Notes: generated by a model not told the origin, from the sequence alone. A stretch of 62,472 nucleotides of DNA from Thermoanaerobaculia bacterium (GCA_041481715.1 JBGPCK010000003.1:1-62472), one strand, 5' to 3'; shown: positions 1 through 11,252, counted from the stretch's first letter. Numbers and translations: made by a program.

Positions 1-13
1 CGGGCGCGCCGGG

Positions 14-733
<720 letters not shown>

Positions 734-800
734 GGGGCTTTGCCTGCGGGTTTATACGACGAAAGGCCCGGCGGGTTCAGGACGATTCAGGCTGTCGGCC

Positions 801-1526
801 TCAGAAGATCGCCGCAAGCCCCGCCTTCCCGAGGACATAGATCGCCCACAGCGTCACCAGGATGCCCGCCGCCTTCCCCCGCCGGACCTTCGCAGCCGCG
901 GCGAATCCGACCGTCATCAGGGCGAGCGTCCAAAAGGAGAAGATGTCGAGCGAACCGAGAAGGGCGTGCAGGGCCTTGGAGTCGCGCTCGACCAGAAACC
1001 CGAGGTTGGACCGCAGGAGGTCCCCCATCGCCGACGGATCCATCCGGTCCTGGCGGGCGATGAGCGGAAGGAGGAGGAGCGAGCCGAGCACCCCCGGCAG
1101 GAAGGCGTGCGTCGTGACTCCCAGCGACTGCGGGTAGCTCGTGTCCCAGCCGAACGCGCGGAACGAGCCCCACAGAATCACCGCGGTGAGCAGGCTGATC
1201 AGGATCGGAATCGCCACGGCGAGGAAGTAGCCGAAGACCGGCCCGAACTTCTTCTGACGCTCGACGATCGACTGGACTTGCTCCTCCGGGACCGTCCGGC
1301 CGCTCTTCTCGAGCCGCTCCTTCGTCATCTTCTCGTAATCCATGCGCGGCAGCAGCACCGCCGATACGGCGAGCGAGCAAAGCACCCACAGAATCACGGG
1401 AGCGATCCAAGTCGGCCGTCTCGCGATCGACTCGAACGTGCGCGTTGGAGAGAAGAAGACCCCCGGGATCCGCGCGAGCGCGGAGTCACCGGAGGCCGGA
1501 GCGGGAGCGCCCGCTTCTTCGGTCAC
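801..1526 (-). CDS. Yip1-domain integral membrane protein
   Basis: 241-aa ORF with several hydrophobic helices after a short cytoplasmic N-terminus (RIPGVFFSPTRTFESI...). Its GTG start overlaps the TolC stop (GTGA). Confidence 0.7.
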   Translation of the reverse strand: MTEEAGAPAPASGDSALARIPGVFFSPTRTFESIARRPTWIAPVILWVLCSLAVSAVLLPRMDYEKMTKERLEKSGRTVPEEQVQSIVERQKKFGPVFGYFLAVAIPILISLLTAVILWGSFRAFGWDTSYPQSLGVTTHAFLPGVLGSLLLLPLIARQDRMDPSAMGDLLRSNLGFLVERDSKALHALLGSLDIFSFWTLALMTVGFAAAAKVRRGKAAGILVTLWAIYVLGKAGLAAIF

Positions 1527-3184
1527 TTCTTGGAAATCGGCGGCAGCGGGGATTCGATCAGGGGCAGGGTCGTCTCGGGAATCCCCTCCACGCCGATCTT
1601 CTTCCAGTCCAGGATGTCGGCCACGGCGTAATGATACGCCGCGACGGCCTTGCGGTAAACGACCAAAGCCTGCAGCTCGGTCGTCCGGGCAGCGGACAGG
1701 TCCCGCTGAATCTGGTTCACCTGAAAGGTCGTGCTCATGCCGTTGTCGAACTTTTTCTTCTCCGCGTCCAGATTCTTCTCGGCCAGCTCCCGCCCTTTGG
1801 ACGCCGCGACGATCTGCCGCGACGCCGTATCGATCGCGCGGGCCGCGGCGCGGACCTCGACGATGACGTTCTGCTGGGTCGTGGTCAGGAAGGCCTTGTC
1901 CGATTCCCAGGTGTATTTCGCGGCGCCGCGCTGCCCCTTGGCGTAACGGTTCAAGATGGGATAGGAAATGTTCAGGCCGATCGTCCAGTTCCTGAAGTTG
2001 CGGTCGAGCGCCTGACGGTAGACCGCGCCGAGACCGTCGGCAACGACGTCGACGACGTTGCCGTTCTGGTCCAAGATCGCGAATGTCCCTCCCACCGTCC
2101 CCCAGCTTCCAACCAGGTTCACGCCGGGCAGAACCTGGTTCGACCAGTAGTCGTAGCGGATTCGGTCCGAGTCGGCCGTGTAGGCCTGAGCGACCACTTC
2201 CGGTCGCCGCACCAAAGCCATGCGGGTTCCTTCCGGAAGCTCGATCGCGATCGGTTGCGTGCGCACCTCATCGGTCGGGACGATGGGAGCGTTGCCCAGC
2301 GCCGGATCGATGTTCAGTTGCCGCCGCAGACGATCCAGCGCGTCCCCGACCTGCCCCTCCGCGGTGATGATGTCCTGTTCCGCCTGAGCGATGCCAACCT
2401 CGGTCTGCGTGATGTCAATGGGAGCGAGCGACCCGACGTCGATCTTGATCTTCGTGATGCGGTTCAACTCTGACGCGATCCGCAGCGACTCCTTCTTCAC
2501 CTCGAGGTTCTGGAGCGTGTACACGAGATCCCAGTAGGCTTGCTCGACGTTGTTGACGGTGGTCTGAACGCTGCGCAGGTACTGCTGGTAGCTTGCGTCG
2601 CGGCTGTTTTTCGCGATCCAGATCAGCCACTTTGTCGTGGCGAAGCCGAAGTTTCGCAGGAGCGGCTGGCTGAAAGAGGCTTTCAGACCCGCGTTGTAGG
2701 TCGGGTTGACGGTGTAGAAGGTGGAGTTCGTCGCGAAGCGACCTCCCGTGACACCCAGCGAGAACGTGCCGCCCCAAGGGGCCAGCTGCGTGACGTCGCC
2801 GCCGAAATTGTAGGTGTCCGAAAGCCCGACCGTTGCGCCGGCAAGAATGGTCGAGTTCGGCTGCTCCTGATGGTTCCGGTTGGCGAAGGCGCCGAGCACC
2901 GGATCGAAGATCCCCTCGCTCGACATCAGGTTGTACTGCGACGCCTGGGCGGCGTTCACGGTGACGTTCAAGTCCTGGTTGTTCGAGAGCGCGAGGCCGA
3001 TCGCGTCGTCGAGCGAGAGCTTGACCGCTCCATCCACCGGAGCCGGGAACGGGCGCGCCGGCCGCTGACCGGGACGGGCCGAGATGACCGGGCCCTGCTG
3101 CGCCATGGCCCCGGGGGCGAGCGCCAAGAGGCCCGCAAAGGCAAGCGCCGCGCGACCCCGCCGAGAAATCGGGAACCTGCTCAT
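1523..3184 (-). CDS. TolC-family outer membrane efflux protein
   Basis: ORF 1523..3310 trimmed to the ATG at 3184, which gives the signal peptide MSRFPISRRGRAALAFAGLLALAPGAMAQQ. The sequence is typical of outer membrane factors, with two repeated halves. Confidence 0.85.
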   Translation of the reverse strand: MSRFPISRRGRAALAFAGLLALAPGAMAQQGPVISARPGQRPARPFPAPVDGAVKLSLDDAIGLALSNNQDLNVTVNAAQASQYNLMSSEGIFDPVLGAFANRNHQEQPNSTILAGATVGLSDTYNFGGDVTQLAPWGGTFSLGVTGGRFATNSTFYTVNPTYNAGLKASFSQPLLRNFGFATTKWLIWIAKNSRDASYQQYLRSVQTTVNNVEQAYWDLVYTLQNLEVKKESLRIASELNRITKIKIDVGSLAPIDITQTEVGIAQAEQDIITAEGQVGDALDRLRRQLNIDPALGNAPIVPTDEVRTQPIAIELPEGTRMALVRRPEVVAQAYTADSDRIRYDYWSNQVLPGVNLVGSWGTVGGTFAILDQNGNVVDVVADGLGAVYRQALDRNFRNWTIGLNISYPILNRYAKGQRGAAKYTWESDKAFLTTTQQNVIVEVRAAARAIDTASRQIVAASKGRELAEKNLDAEKKKFDNGMSTTFQVNQIQRDLSAARTTELQALVVYRKAVAAYHYAVADILDWKKIGVEGIPETTLPLIESPLPPISKK

Positions 3185-3338
3185 TCCTGTCACTCCTTCG
3201 TCAACCTTTCTACGCATCTGCCCGCCGAATGTTTCCCGGTTCGCGCGCCTTTTCCTTGGCTGTGCGTACTTTACCGGCGTTCCACAGCCGACTTCCGCGC
3301 GGGCTGCCAATCATACCGGAGGACCTCAACCCGACGCC

Positions 3339-4340
3339 TCACCGGGGGCCGGCCGCAAATTCGCCCGGGAAGAAACAAGCCGCGGCATGCCCCTGCCGGA
3401 TCTGTGTGAGGACGGGCGTCTCCTCGCGGCATCGCGGCCGCGCGATCGGGCAGCGCGGATGGAACGCGCAGCCCGCCGGCGGCGAGGCGGGCGACGGGAG
3501 ATCGCCACCGAGGACGATGCGGCGCACAGCCTCTCCGGAGCCCAAGGGCAGCGCCACCGCGGAAAGCAGGGCAACCGTGTAGGGATGGAGAGGCTCGCGC
3601 AGAAGCTCGTCGGTGCGCCCCTCCTCCACGATCCGACCGCAGTACATGACCGCGACGCGGTCGGCCACCCGCGACACCACGGCCAGATCGTGTGAGATGA
3701 AGAGCCCCGCGAGGCTCATCTTCTCCCGCAGATCGGCAAGCAGGTTGACGACCTGGGCGGCGACGGAGACGTCCAGAGCCGAAACCGGCTCGTCGCATAC
3801 GAGAAACTTCGGCCGCGTGGCGAGCGCCCGGGCGATCGCAATGCGCTGCCGCTGTCCCCCCGAGAACTCCGCCGGAAAGCGGCCGGCCGCCGCCGGAGGG
3901 AGTCCCACCTCCGACAAGAGCGCCGCGACGCGCTCGCGAAGCTGTCGTCCCCGCGCGAGCCTCTGTACGCGCAACGGCTCGGCGATCTGGTCTCCGGCGG
4001 TCATGCGCGGATTGAGAGAGCTCTGCGGATCCTGAAAGATGATTTGGATCTCGCGCCGCTTCATTGCGAGCGCCCGACCCGAGAGCGCCAGCCAATCCTC
4101 TCCTTCGAACCGGATCTCTCCCGCCGTAGGCTCCTCGAGGCGCAGCAGGAGTCGGCCGGTTGTGCTCTTTCCGCTGCCCGACTCCCCGACCAGTCCAAGC
4201 GTCTCCCCGCGGGCGACCCCGAGCGAAACACCGTCGACCGCCCGCACCCGGCCCACGGCGGCCCCGAAGGCCCCGCGTCGGAGCGGGTACACCTTGACGA
4301 GCCCCCGAGCCTCGAGCAACAAGGGGCCGTCTTCCGTCAA
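3339..4340 (-). CDS. Oligopeptide/dipeptide-type ABC ATP-binding protein (OppF/DppF-like)
   Basis: Only the C-terminal 333 aa of the 644-aa track ORF look like protein. Motifs are [28 protein letters not shown] and the C-terminal oligopeptide-ABC Cys motif. A TTG start at 4340 is preceded by GGGAGGGA and overlaps the upstream stop (TTGA). Confidence 0.85.
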   Translation of the reverse strand: MTEDGPLLLEARGLVKVYPLRRGAFGAAVGRVRAVDGVSLGVARGETLGLVGESGSGKSTTGRLLLRLEEPTAGEIRFEGEDWLALSGRALAMKRREIQIIFQDPQSSLNPRMTAGDQIAEPLRVQRLARGRQLRERVAALLSEVGLPPAAAGRFPAEFSGGQRQRIAIARALATRPKFLVCDEPVSALDVSVAAQVVNLLADLREKMSLAGLFISHDLAVVSRVADRVAVMYCGRIVEEGRTDELLREPLHPYTVALLSAVALPLGSGEAVRRIVLGGDLPSPASPPAGCAFHPRCPIARPRCREETPVLTQIRQGHAAACFFPGEFAAGPR

Positions 4341-5335
4341 CCCGTCCCTCCCTTGCCGGCACCCTCGTAGAGAAAACAGCGGACCTGCACACCCGCAGTC
4401 TCGAAAAGAGGCGGCAGCGACCGCTCGCAGGGCTCGAACCGCTCCGGGCAGCGGGGCGCGAAGGCGCACACACCTTCGGCCCGCTCGAAGAGGTCGGGCA
4501 CGGCGCCGCCGATCGTGTCGAACCGGCGGCCCGGGCGCGCCTGCGGGTCCAGAAGCGGCATCGACCGCAGCAGGCCGCGAGTGTATGGGTGCCGCGGTGA
4601 GCGGAAGATTTCGGCGGTCGGCGCCTCCTCGATGACACGGCCGGCGTACAGGATCAGCGCGCGGACGCTCTCCCGAGCGACCAGGCCAAGGTCGTGGCTG
4701 ATGAGAAGCAGTGCCAGCCCCCGCCTCTCCCTCAGTCGCGAGAGCAGCTCCATGACCTCGGCGGCCACCGTGGCGTCGAGCGCCGTCGTCGGCTCGTCGG
4801 CGATCAACAGCTCCGGGTCTGCCGCCAGCGCCACGGCGAGCAGCGCCCGTTGTTTCTGGCCGCCGGAGAGCCGGTGAGGATACTCCTCCACGCCGCTCTC
4901 CGGATCGGGAAATGACACTTCGCGAAGGCGCTCCACGGCGAGGCGCCGGGCCTCGCCGGCGGAAACCGTGCGGTGGAGTCGGATGGCCTCGGCGATCTGG
5001 TCTCCAATCCTCTGAACCGGATCGAGCGCCGCCCCCGGCTCCTGAAACAGCATCGCGATATGCCGTCCGCGAATCCGTTCCCATTCCTTCTCCGACGCCT
5101 CCCGCAGGTCGCGCCCCTCCCAGAAGAACGAGCCGGACAGCCGCGCCGTTTCGGGCAGCAGGTTCATGAGCGCCCGGCCGAGCAGCGTCTTGCCGCATCC
5201 GCTCTCCCCCGCCACGGCGAGGGCCTCGCCGCGTTGGAGGTCGACTGAGACGCCGTTTACGGCGGGGAACCATCGCCCCGCGTGCGGGAGCTCGACCTTC
5301 AAGTCGCGAATGGACAGGAGGGGGGACCGGTTCAT
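4337..5335 (-). CDS. Oligopeptide/dipeptide-type ABC ATP-binding protein (OppD/DppD-like)
   Basis: 332-aa ORF with [27 protein letters not shown] and the HPYTRGLL C-terminal motif. Confidence 0.9.
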   Translation of the reverse strand: MNRSPLLSIRDLKVELPHAGRWFPAVNGVSVDLQRGEALAVAGESGCGKTLLGRALMNLLPETARLSGSFFWEGRDLREASEKEWERIRGRHIAMLFQEPGAALDPVQRIGDQIAEAIRLHRTVSAGEARRLAVERLREVSFPDPESGVEEYPHRLSGGQKQRALLAVALAADPELLIADEPTTALDATVAAEVMELLSRLRERRGLALLLISHDLGLVARESVRALILYAGRVIEEAPTAEIFRSPRHPYTRGLLRSMPLLDPQARPGRRFDTIGGAVPDLFERAEGVCAFAPRCPERFEPCERSLPPLFETAGVQVRCFLYEGAGKGGTG

Positions 5336-5446
5336 CGGATCAGAACCAATTGGTCCATGGACTCATTTGTTCATTGGAGGATTGGGACCATCCAGCCGCT
5401 CAGGGAATCACTGATCCAATCAATCAATGATCCAATGTTCCATGAA
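5336..5446 (-). promoter_or_regulatory. AT-rich intergenic region rich in CCAAT/ATTGG and carrying a TGATCCAAT direct repeat
   Basis: TGATCCAAT occurs at 5412-5420 and 5428-5436 (16-nt period). The palindrome CCAATTGG is at 5346-5353. I see about seven CCAAT/ATTGG pentamers in about 100 nt, and the region is visibly lower in GC than its flanks. Confidence 0.35.
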
Positions 5447-7975
5447 TCAGATCTTCTTGACTGCCTCGAGCTCTTTCACTCGATTCACGATGTCGCGGTA
5501 GTTGGTGTTCAGACCGTACACCTCGAGAAATGTCCGGTAGGCGAGTTCGAGATCTCCCATGTCCTGGTAGACGCACCCGAGATCGTAGAGGAGGCCCACG
5601 GTCTCGACCTCCTTGATGTCCGGCGCCTCGAGCCCCTTGCGGTACCACTTGACGGCGAGCTGCGGCATCCCCTTCTCGAGAAAGCAGAGCCCGAGCATGC
5701 TGCAGCACTCGACCACCCGCTCCGGATCCTTGCTCGCGAGTTGGAACTCGCCGATCGCTTCATCGGTCAGGCCCATCTCCTTGTAGGCGATGCCCAGATT
5801 GAAATGCGTCTCGTAGTCCTCCGCGGAGAGCTGCTGCTCCACGCCCTTTTTGAATTCGCGAAAGATCTCCTCGAGCGATGCCTCTCCTTCGGGTCCGGCC
5901 ATGGCCGGCGCCTCGGGAATCGGCGCCTCCTCGGCGAGTTCCTTTTCGAGCTCCTCGGCCAGGTTGAAGAATTGCTGCTCGTCGGCGAAGAGGCTCTGCT
6001 CGTCCAGCACGGGCTCGGATTCGACCTCCGCTTCGCCGGGCGCTTCGCCCGCTCTCTGCATCTCTTCTTCGAGCAGGGAACCCAACTCTTCGTAGGAGAC
6101 GAACTCCGAATCGGAGGGCGCGGTCATTTCCGGGTCGGCCGTCGGCCGCGCAAATGCAGCCTCGGCGATGGGAGGCGCCCCCCCGAGGTGGAGCGACTGG
6201 CTTCCGAACTCCTCGTGGGGGTCGAGGGCAGGGAGCGGCTCCGGGACGCCCGGCGCCGGGGCAAGGCCCGCCTCGATGCCGAACTCATCAAAGCCCGATT
6301 CGACAGGGGCGGGAACGCCCGGAGACGGAGAGGCGGCAGGAGGCGCCGGCTCCGCAGGGGCGAGGCCATACCGAAGCCGGAGCCCCTTGGCGTCCGACTC
6401 GCGCCCGGAGCGACGGTAGACCTCAGCCAGCTCCTCGACCTCCTGGGAGAGGGCGGGGCTCTGCGACTCGGCCATCAGCTCGACCATGCGCAGGCGCGCG
6501 CGCAACAGGTCCGGGCGCCGGCGCACGAGCGTGCGTAGACGCTCCACGGCCTTGTCGGCCAGCCCGTAACGGGCGAACACCTCGGCCTCAACCACCAGCG
6601 TCTCGACCTCGCGGTCCTCGTTTGAGGTCGCTCCGGCGGGCGTCGAAGGCGGGGAAGTTTGCGAGGGAGGCGGCGCCGGACCGCTGAGCACCAAGGCCTC
6701 CGGGCTCTCGAACGCCAGCGAAGGCACGCGGGGCTGCGGGGCGTGGACGGGTGGAGCCTCCTCTTCGATCTCCACTTCGATCTCCGAAACCGACCCGGGC
6801 TCCGGAGCGGCAGGCGCGGCCAGCTCCGGCGCCAGCTCCCGAAGCCTCGCGGTCGCCTCCGCCTCTCCCGGCGACAGACGCAGGACATGCCGGTATCCCT
6901 CGATCGCAACCGATTCGTCTCCGGCCCGCTCCGCTTCCCTCGCACCGACCAGCAGCAGGGAGGCGGCCTCCGCCCCCTTCCCTTCGGCCTCACGGATCTC
7001 GGCGAGCTTCATGAGGGCCCCACGGTGTCCTGGTTCAGCCTCCAGGATCGGCGCCAGGTGGCCGGCCGCGCGCACGTAGTCCTTGCCGGCGCGCGCCGTG
7101 TCGACCGCCGGAACGATGGCCGTGAACGACGCCTCCACGTTGCCCTGGGCCAATCGAACACGGGAGAGTTGCACACGGCAGGCCTCGTTGCCCGCGTCGA
7201 GCGCGAGCCCCTGCTCTGCAGTCTGGACGGCCTCCGCCGGCTCGCCGGTCTCGAACTGCGCCTCCGCCAGCAGCGCAAGGACATCCGCGGATGGCGGAGC
7301 CTTCTTCAGGATCCCCATCGCGGCCGCCGTGTTCTTCTGGGTGAGGAGCGCCCGAACGAGCTTCTTTTGAATGTCCGCGTCCCCCGGCACGAGGTCGAGC
7401 GCCTTTTGGAAGACGGCCGACGCCTCGTCGTGCGCTCCGCGCTCGAGCAGCGCCGAGCCGATGATCCCGTATTGCGCGACGGCCTGATTGATCTGCCGGC
7501 TCGCGCGGTAGAGGTCGGCCAGGCGCGCCTGGATCTTCAAGTCGCCCGGATCGACGGCCGCCATCTTTCGGTAAGCGACGATCGCCTCCTCCGGCCGGTT
7601 GTTCTTCGAATAGTGATCGGCCAGGACCTGATACTGGCTGCGCGCGTCCTGGGTCAACCCTTGCTTGTGGTACAGCTCCGCGAGCTGTTCGTACACTTCC
7701 AGGCGGGCGGGATCGATTTTGTTGATCTTCTTGTAGATCGCGATCGCCTTCAGAAAGAAACCGTCCTTGGCGTAGAAGTCGGCGATCCGTGTGAAGAAGG
7801 GAATCGAATCGGACGGACGGTTGATCCGGACGTAGAGGTCCCCGACTTTGTTCAACGTCGAGATGTCTTTGGGATTCTCCTCCAGCACCCGAAGGTATTC
7901 CTTCAGCGCGGAGTCGAGCTTCCCCTTCGCGAGCAGCTTCTCCGCGCCCTGAAGGATCTGGTCCCGATTGGCCAT
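5447..7975 (-). CDS. Large TPR-repeat protein with a central acidic/proline-rich low-complexity region
   Basis: 842-aa ORF. TPR-like 34-aa periodicity is present at the N-terminus (residues 1-330) and the C-terminus (about the last 130 aa). An E/P/A-rich linker lies between them. Confidence 0.8.
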   Translation of the reverse strand: MANRDQILQGAEKLLAKGKLDSALKEYLRVLEENPKDISTLNKVGDLYVRINRPSDSIPFFTRIADFYAKDGFFLKAIAIYKKINKIDPARLEVYEQLAELYHKQGLTQDARSQYQVLADHYSKNNRPEEAIVAYRKMAAVDPGDLKIQARLADLYRASRQINQAVAQYGIIGSALLERGAHDEASAVFQKALDLVPGDADIQKKLVRALLTQKNTAAAMGILKKAPPSADVLALLAEAQFETGEPAEAVQTAEQGLALDAGNEACRVQLSRVRLAQGNVEASFTAIVPAVDTARAGKDYVRAAGHLAPILEAEPGHRGALMKLAEIREAEGKGAEAASLLLVGAREAERAGDESVAIEGYRHVLRLSPGEAEATARLRELAPELAAPAAPEPGSVSEIEVEIEEEAPPVHAPQPRVPSLAFESPEALVLSGPAPPPSQTSPPSTPAGATSNEDREVETLVVEAEVFARYGLADKAVERLRTLVRRRPDLLRARLRMVELMAESQSPALSQEVEELAEVYRRSGRESDAKGLRLRYGLAPAEPAPPAASPSPGVPAPVESGFDEFGIEAGLAPAPGVPEPLPALDPHEEFGSQSLHLGGAPPIAEAAFARPTADPEMTAPSDSEFVSYEELGSLLEEEMQRAGEAPGEAEVESEPVLDEQSLFADEQQFFNLAEELEKELAEEAPIPEAPAMAGPEGEASLEEIFREFKKGVEQQLSAEDYETHFNLGIAYKEMGLTDEAIGEFQLASKDPERVVECCSMLGLCFLEKGMPQLAVKWYRKGLEAPDIKEVETVGLLYDLGCVYQDMGDLELAYRTFLEVYGLNTNYRDIVNRVKELEAVKKI

Positions 7976-8229
7976 GTTTGGGAAATTCTAGCTCGGATTC
8001 CTCGGGCTCACTTGGGGCAAACCCGGGCAAGTGCCTGAACCGGGTGTTGTTTGCGGGCGAGCCACCGAGTGAAGCGGCTTTCTCCGCCACGGCCTCATCG
8101 ACGAGACCGAAAGGACACTGGAACCAGCTGCTCGACTCCGCAGGAAAATAGTCGAGTCATCCGGATGAGCCGCCAAACGAGAAGGGCCCGGATTCTCCCG
8201 ACGGCCGGCCGAAACCTGTTCCGTCCGGT

Positions 8230-8940
8230 TCAGTGCGTCTCCCGCCGGACACCAGGCTCCCGAACCGGAGGCGCCAAAATGCTCTCGCGCTCGGAGCCCA
8301 CGACCACGCCTTCGAAGCTGAGGCGGTGCTCCGGGCACGGCCCGTACAGACGCAGCGCCTCCCAATGCTCCGCCGTGCCGTACCCCTTGTGCCGCTCGAA
8401 GCCGTAGACGGGATAGCGCTGTGCGAGCTGCCGGAGAAGCTGGTCGCGGTAGACCTTCGCGACAATCGAAGCGGCTGCGATCGAAGCGCACAGCGCGTCT
8501 CCGTGCACGACGGCCACCTGCGGGCGCCGCATGCCCGGAATCGTGACGGCGTCCACGAGCAGGATTTCCGGCTCCGGCGCCAGCGCCTCGACCGCCTGGC
8601 GCATGGCGCGCAGACTGGCCCGAAGGATGTTTCGCTCGTCGATCTCCGGGGCCTCGACCACGCCGACGCCAATCGCCACGGCCCGGCGCCGCACCTCTCG
8701 GTCGAGTCTGTCTCGCGACTGCGCGTCCAGGCGCTTGGAATCGTCGAGCCCCGGCAGAACGCATTCCTGCGGCAGAATCACGGCTGCGGCGGCGACGGGC
8801 CCCGCGAGGCACCCGCGCCCGACTTCGTCGACGCCCGCTACGATCCGGTAGCCTCTTCGGGCGAGCTCTCTCTCGAGTTGGTTGAGGATCGACAGGCGAC
8901 CCAGCTCCGCGAAGAGCGCGGAGAGAAGGTCGAAGGGCAC
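8230..8940 (-). CDS. rnhB: Ribonuclease HII
   Basis: 236-aa ORF with the GVDEVGRGCLAGPV active-site motif and DDSKRL. It follows rplS, as in many bacteria. Confidence 0.9.
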   Translation of the reverse strand: MPFDLLSALFAELGRLSILNQLERELARRGYRIVAGVDEVGRGCLAGPVAAAAVILPQECVLPGLDDSKRLDAQSRDRLDREVRRRAVAIGVGVVEAPEIDERNILRASLRAMRQAVEALAPEPEILLVDAVTIPGMRRPQVAVVHGDALCASIAAASIVAKVYRDQLLRQLAQRYPVYGFERHKGYGTAEHWEALRLYGPCPEHRLSFEGVVVGSERESILAPPVREPGVRRETH

Positions 8941-8958
8941 GGGGCGTCAGCGCTCCGG

Positions 8959-9324
8959 CTACTCGGCCCGTTTCTCTTCGACCCGTTTCTCGTCGATGCG
9001 GGCGGCCTTCCCCTTGCGCCCCCGCAGGTAGTAGAGCTTGGCACGCCGGACCGCGCCCTTTCGCTCCACCTCGATGCGATCGATCACGGGGGAGTGCAAT
9101 GGAAAGATCCTTTCGACTCCGATCCCGCTGGAGATCTTGCGGACGGTGAAGGTCTCGCGGACTCCCCCGCCGCGCCGCGCAATCACGACGCCCGCGAAGA
9201 CCTGAACGCGCTCTTTCTCCCCCTCTCGCACCTTTACGTGCACGCGGACCGCGTCCCCGGGGGCGAAGTCCGGTATGCCCTTGCGCAGCGCGGGTTTCTC
9301 GACTTCCAGAAGCAAATCGCTCAT
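8959..9324 (-). CDS. rplS: 50S ribosomal protein L19
   Basis: ORF trimmed to the ATG at 9324 ([10 protein letters not shown]...), giving 121 aa. Sequence is typical of L19 ([31 protein letters not shown]). Confidence 0.95.
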   Translation of the reverse strand: MSDLLLEVEKPALRKGIPDFAPGDAVRVHVKVREGEKERVQVFAGVVIARRGGGVRETFTVRKISSGIGVERIFPLHSPVIDRIEVERKGAVRRAKLYYLRGRKGKAARIDEKRVEEKRAE

Positions 9325-9392
9325 GAGGGGTTCCTTCGACGTAAACGCGGAGTCTATACGGAGTTGCGATGATTTTGCAACCACGCCAGAAG

Positions 9393-9408
9393 GCTCACGG
9401 TTCACGAG
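9393..9408. repeat. Short 7-nt-period repeat (GCTCACG GTTCACG)
   Basis: Two heptads of the GTTCACG-like family overlap the 3' end and stop of trmD. Confidence 0.4.
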
Positions 9409-10120
9409 CTCCGTCGGCTCGCTCGTCCGGCTCTTCGGGCCGCCGCTCCAGCAAATCCGGCCGCCGCGCCCGCGTGCGCTCCAGGGCGCGAGCTCGGCGC
9501 CAACGCTCGATCCGTGCGTGATCACCGGAGAGCAGCACGTCGGGAACCTCGAGGCCGCGGTACTCCCGGGGCCGCGTGTAGTGCGGGTAGTCCAGCCGAT
9601 CACGCACGAACGACTCTCGTTCGACCGACTCGGCGCGTTGGACCACACCAGGCACGCGCCTCGACAGCGCCTCCACGAGCACGAGCGCAGCGGCTTCTCC
9701 CCCCGAGAGAACGAAGTCGCCGATCGAGATCTCCTCGTCCAGGAGCCCGAGCTCTCGCACGCGCTCGTCGATCCCCTCGTAGCGGCCGCACACGAGAAGC
9801 AGTCGATCCCGGCCGGCGAGCCTTTCGACCAGCGGCTGGTCGAGGCGCCGCCCGTCGGGGGTCAGCAGCACGCGCCACGCCGGCGGGCTCCCCTGCCGGG
9901 ATTCGATGGCCTCGGCCACGACCGGCGCCATGAGCACCATCCCCGGGCCTCCTCCGTAGGGCTCGTCGTCCGCCTTCCGGTGGCGATCGCGCGAGAAGAG
10001 CCGCATGTCGGTGACGACGACTTCCAGCAGTCCCGAAGCGATGGCGCGCCCGAGCAGACTCTCCTCGAGCGGAGAGTGGAAATAGTCGGGAAAGAGAGTC
10101 AGGATCTCGATGCGCATCAT
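9395..10120 (-). CDS. trmD: tRNA (guanine37-N1)-methyltransferase
   Basis: 241-aa ORF beginning [13 protein letters not shown], with [13 protein letters not shown]. It sits in the conserved rimM-trmD-rplS order. Confidence 0.95.
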   Translation of the reverse strand: MMRIEILTLFPDYFHSPLEESLLGRAIASGLLEVVVTDMRLFSRDRHRKADDEPYGGGPGMVLMAPVVAEAIESRQGSPPAWRVLLTPDGRRLDQPLVERLAGRDRLLLVCGRYEGIDERVRELGLLDEEISIGDFVLSGGEAAALVLVEALSRRVPGVVQRAESVERESFVRDRLDYPHYTRPREYRGLEVPDVLLSGDHARIERWRRARALERTRARRPDLLERRPEEPDERADGAREP

Positions 10121-10156
10121 GAAGAGCCCGGCAATCGATCGCCAAGCTCCGACAGT

Positions 10157-10660
10157 TTAAATCTCGAAGAGCCCGTCCGGCGGATCGAGAACCATTCGTC
10201 GGCTCGCCTCGTCGATCTCGACGACGATTGCCGCAACGAAGGGAACGAGCGCTGCCTTCCCTTCCGGCGTCCGGACGGTCAGCAGCGGACCTGCCGGAGT
10301 CGACTCGAGACCCGCGACGGTTCCAAGAGGCCGGCCGGCGGGGTCTTCGCACCGCCAGCCTTCGACCCGATGGCTGTAATAGAAGCCCTCCGGAGCCGGA
10401 AAGGCTTCCTCTCCCGGAACGCAAAGCTCTCCGCCGGCGAGCGCACGGGCAGCCTCCGGATCCCCGACGCCCTCAAAGCGCAACAGCCAGCGGTCGCCGT
10501 GAGCGCGCGCGCTTTCGAGGATCAGGGGCCGCTGCTCTTGCCCGCGGCGCCACGCGAGCCGAGCGCCCGGTTGGAACCGTTCGGGAAAAGCGGTCGCGAT
10601 TTCGACCGATACCTCCCCGGAAAGGCCGTGAGGTCTGCGGACGGTGCCCACGAGAAGCAT
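10157..10660 (-). CDS. rimM: 16S rRNA processing protein RimM
   Basis: 167-aa ORF with VGTVRRPHGLSGEV at the N-terminus and a PRC-barrel-like C-terminus. Conserved operon position. Confidence 0.9.
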   Translation of the reverse strand: MLLVGTVRRPHGLSGEVSVEIATAFPERFQPGARLAWRRGQEQRPLILESARAHGDRWLLRFEGVGDPEAARALAGGELCVPGEEAFPAPEGFYYSHRVEGWRCEDPAGRPLGTVAGLESTPAGPLLTVRTPEGKAALVPFVAAIVVEIDEASRRMVLDPPDGLFEI

Positions 10661-10723
10661 TCGAGACGTACGCCGTGAATCGTAAATCGGGAACCGACGG
10701 CCGCCGGCTTGGACGAGGGCTCC

Positions 10724-10758
10724 AGTTTCGGTTTACGGTTTATGGTTCCCGGCTCACG
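10724..10758. repeat. 7-nt-period tandem repeat (GTTTCGG TTTACGG TTTATGG TTCCCGG CTCACG)
   Basis: Five imperfect heptads lie between the KH-protein stop (10768) and the rimM start (10660). Confidence 0.5.
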
Positions 10759-10767
10759 CGCCCCGAG

Positions 10768-10998
10768 TCAGTCCTTCACCCGGACCACCGCGCGCTTGCC
10801 CCGCGCGGCCGCCGCCGCATTGACGAAACCCCGCAGCGCACGCACCGTCCTTCCCTCCCGGCCGATCAGGCGCCCTCGGTCCCCCTCCGGGACGGCGATC
10901 TCATAGACGGCGGTCGCGCCTTCGAAGATCTCCGTCACGCGGACCTCTTCCGGATGTTCCGAGAGGCGGCGAACGACCGTCTCCACCAGGCGCCGCAT
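10768..10998 (-). CDS. KH-domain RNA-binding protein (YlqC/UPF0109 family)
   Basis: 76-aa ORF with LIGREGRTVRALR (GXXG KH motif). It lies between rpsP and rimM, as in many bacteria. Confidence 0.85.
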   Translation of the reverse strand: MRRLVETVVRRLSEHPEEVRVTEIFEGATAVYEIAVPEGDRGRLIGREGRTVRALRGFVNAAAAARGKRAVVRVKD

Positions 10999-11252
10999 CA
11001 GGACCCCGCTGGGGCGGCCGGTTCGGGTCGGGTCAGAAACGATTGCACCGTCGGCGAGACGAGGGCGCCTCGTTCCATCCAGTACCGCGCCCGGTTCCGA
11101 TCGAACGAAACGGAGGCCGGAGAGACGACCGGGTCATAGCATCCGAGCTCCTCGAGGACCTTCGCGCGCGCGGTGCGGCGAGTGTCGGACACGACGATGC
11201 GATAGTAGGGACGATTTCGAGCGCCCATGCGGCGCAAGCGGATCTTGACCAT
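10998..11252 (-). CDS. rpsP: 30S ribosomal protein S16
   Basis: 84-aa ORF beginning MVKIRLRRMGARNRPYYRIVV. Confidence 0.95.
   Translation of the reverse strand: MVKIRLRRMGARNRPYYRIVVSDTRRTARAKVLEELGCYDPVVSPASVSFDRNRARYWMERGALVSPTVQSFLTRPEPAAPAGS

Noticed and set aside
3271-4638. 455-aa minus-strand ORF, and the N-terminal 310 aa of the 644-aa ORF 3339..5273
   Set aside because: These are Arg/Ala/Gly/Pro-rich translations that overlap the well-supported oppD/oppF genes in other frames. This is the typical high-GC shadow-ORF pattern. The real oppF starts at the TTG at 4340.
8005-8030. Possible sigma-54 (-24/-12) promoter upstream of the TPR gene (GGCAC...TTGC on the minus strand)
   Set aside because: The GG-to-GC spacing is 5 or 15 nt, not the required 10 nt.
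5282-8090. Long plus- and minus-strand ORFs (5282..6538, 6659..8038, 7035..8090) across the TPR gene
   Set aside because: They are antisense or alternate frames of the 842-aa TPR protein, which has a clear repeat structure. Their composition is typical of non-coding frames in GC-rich DNA.
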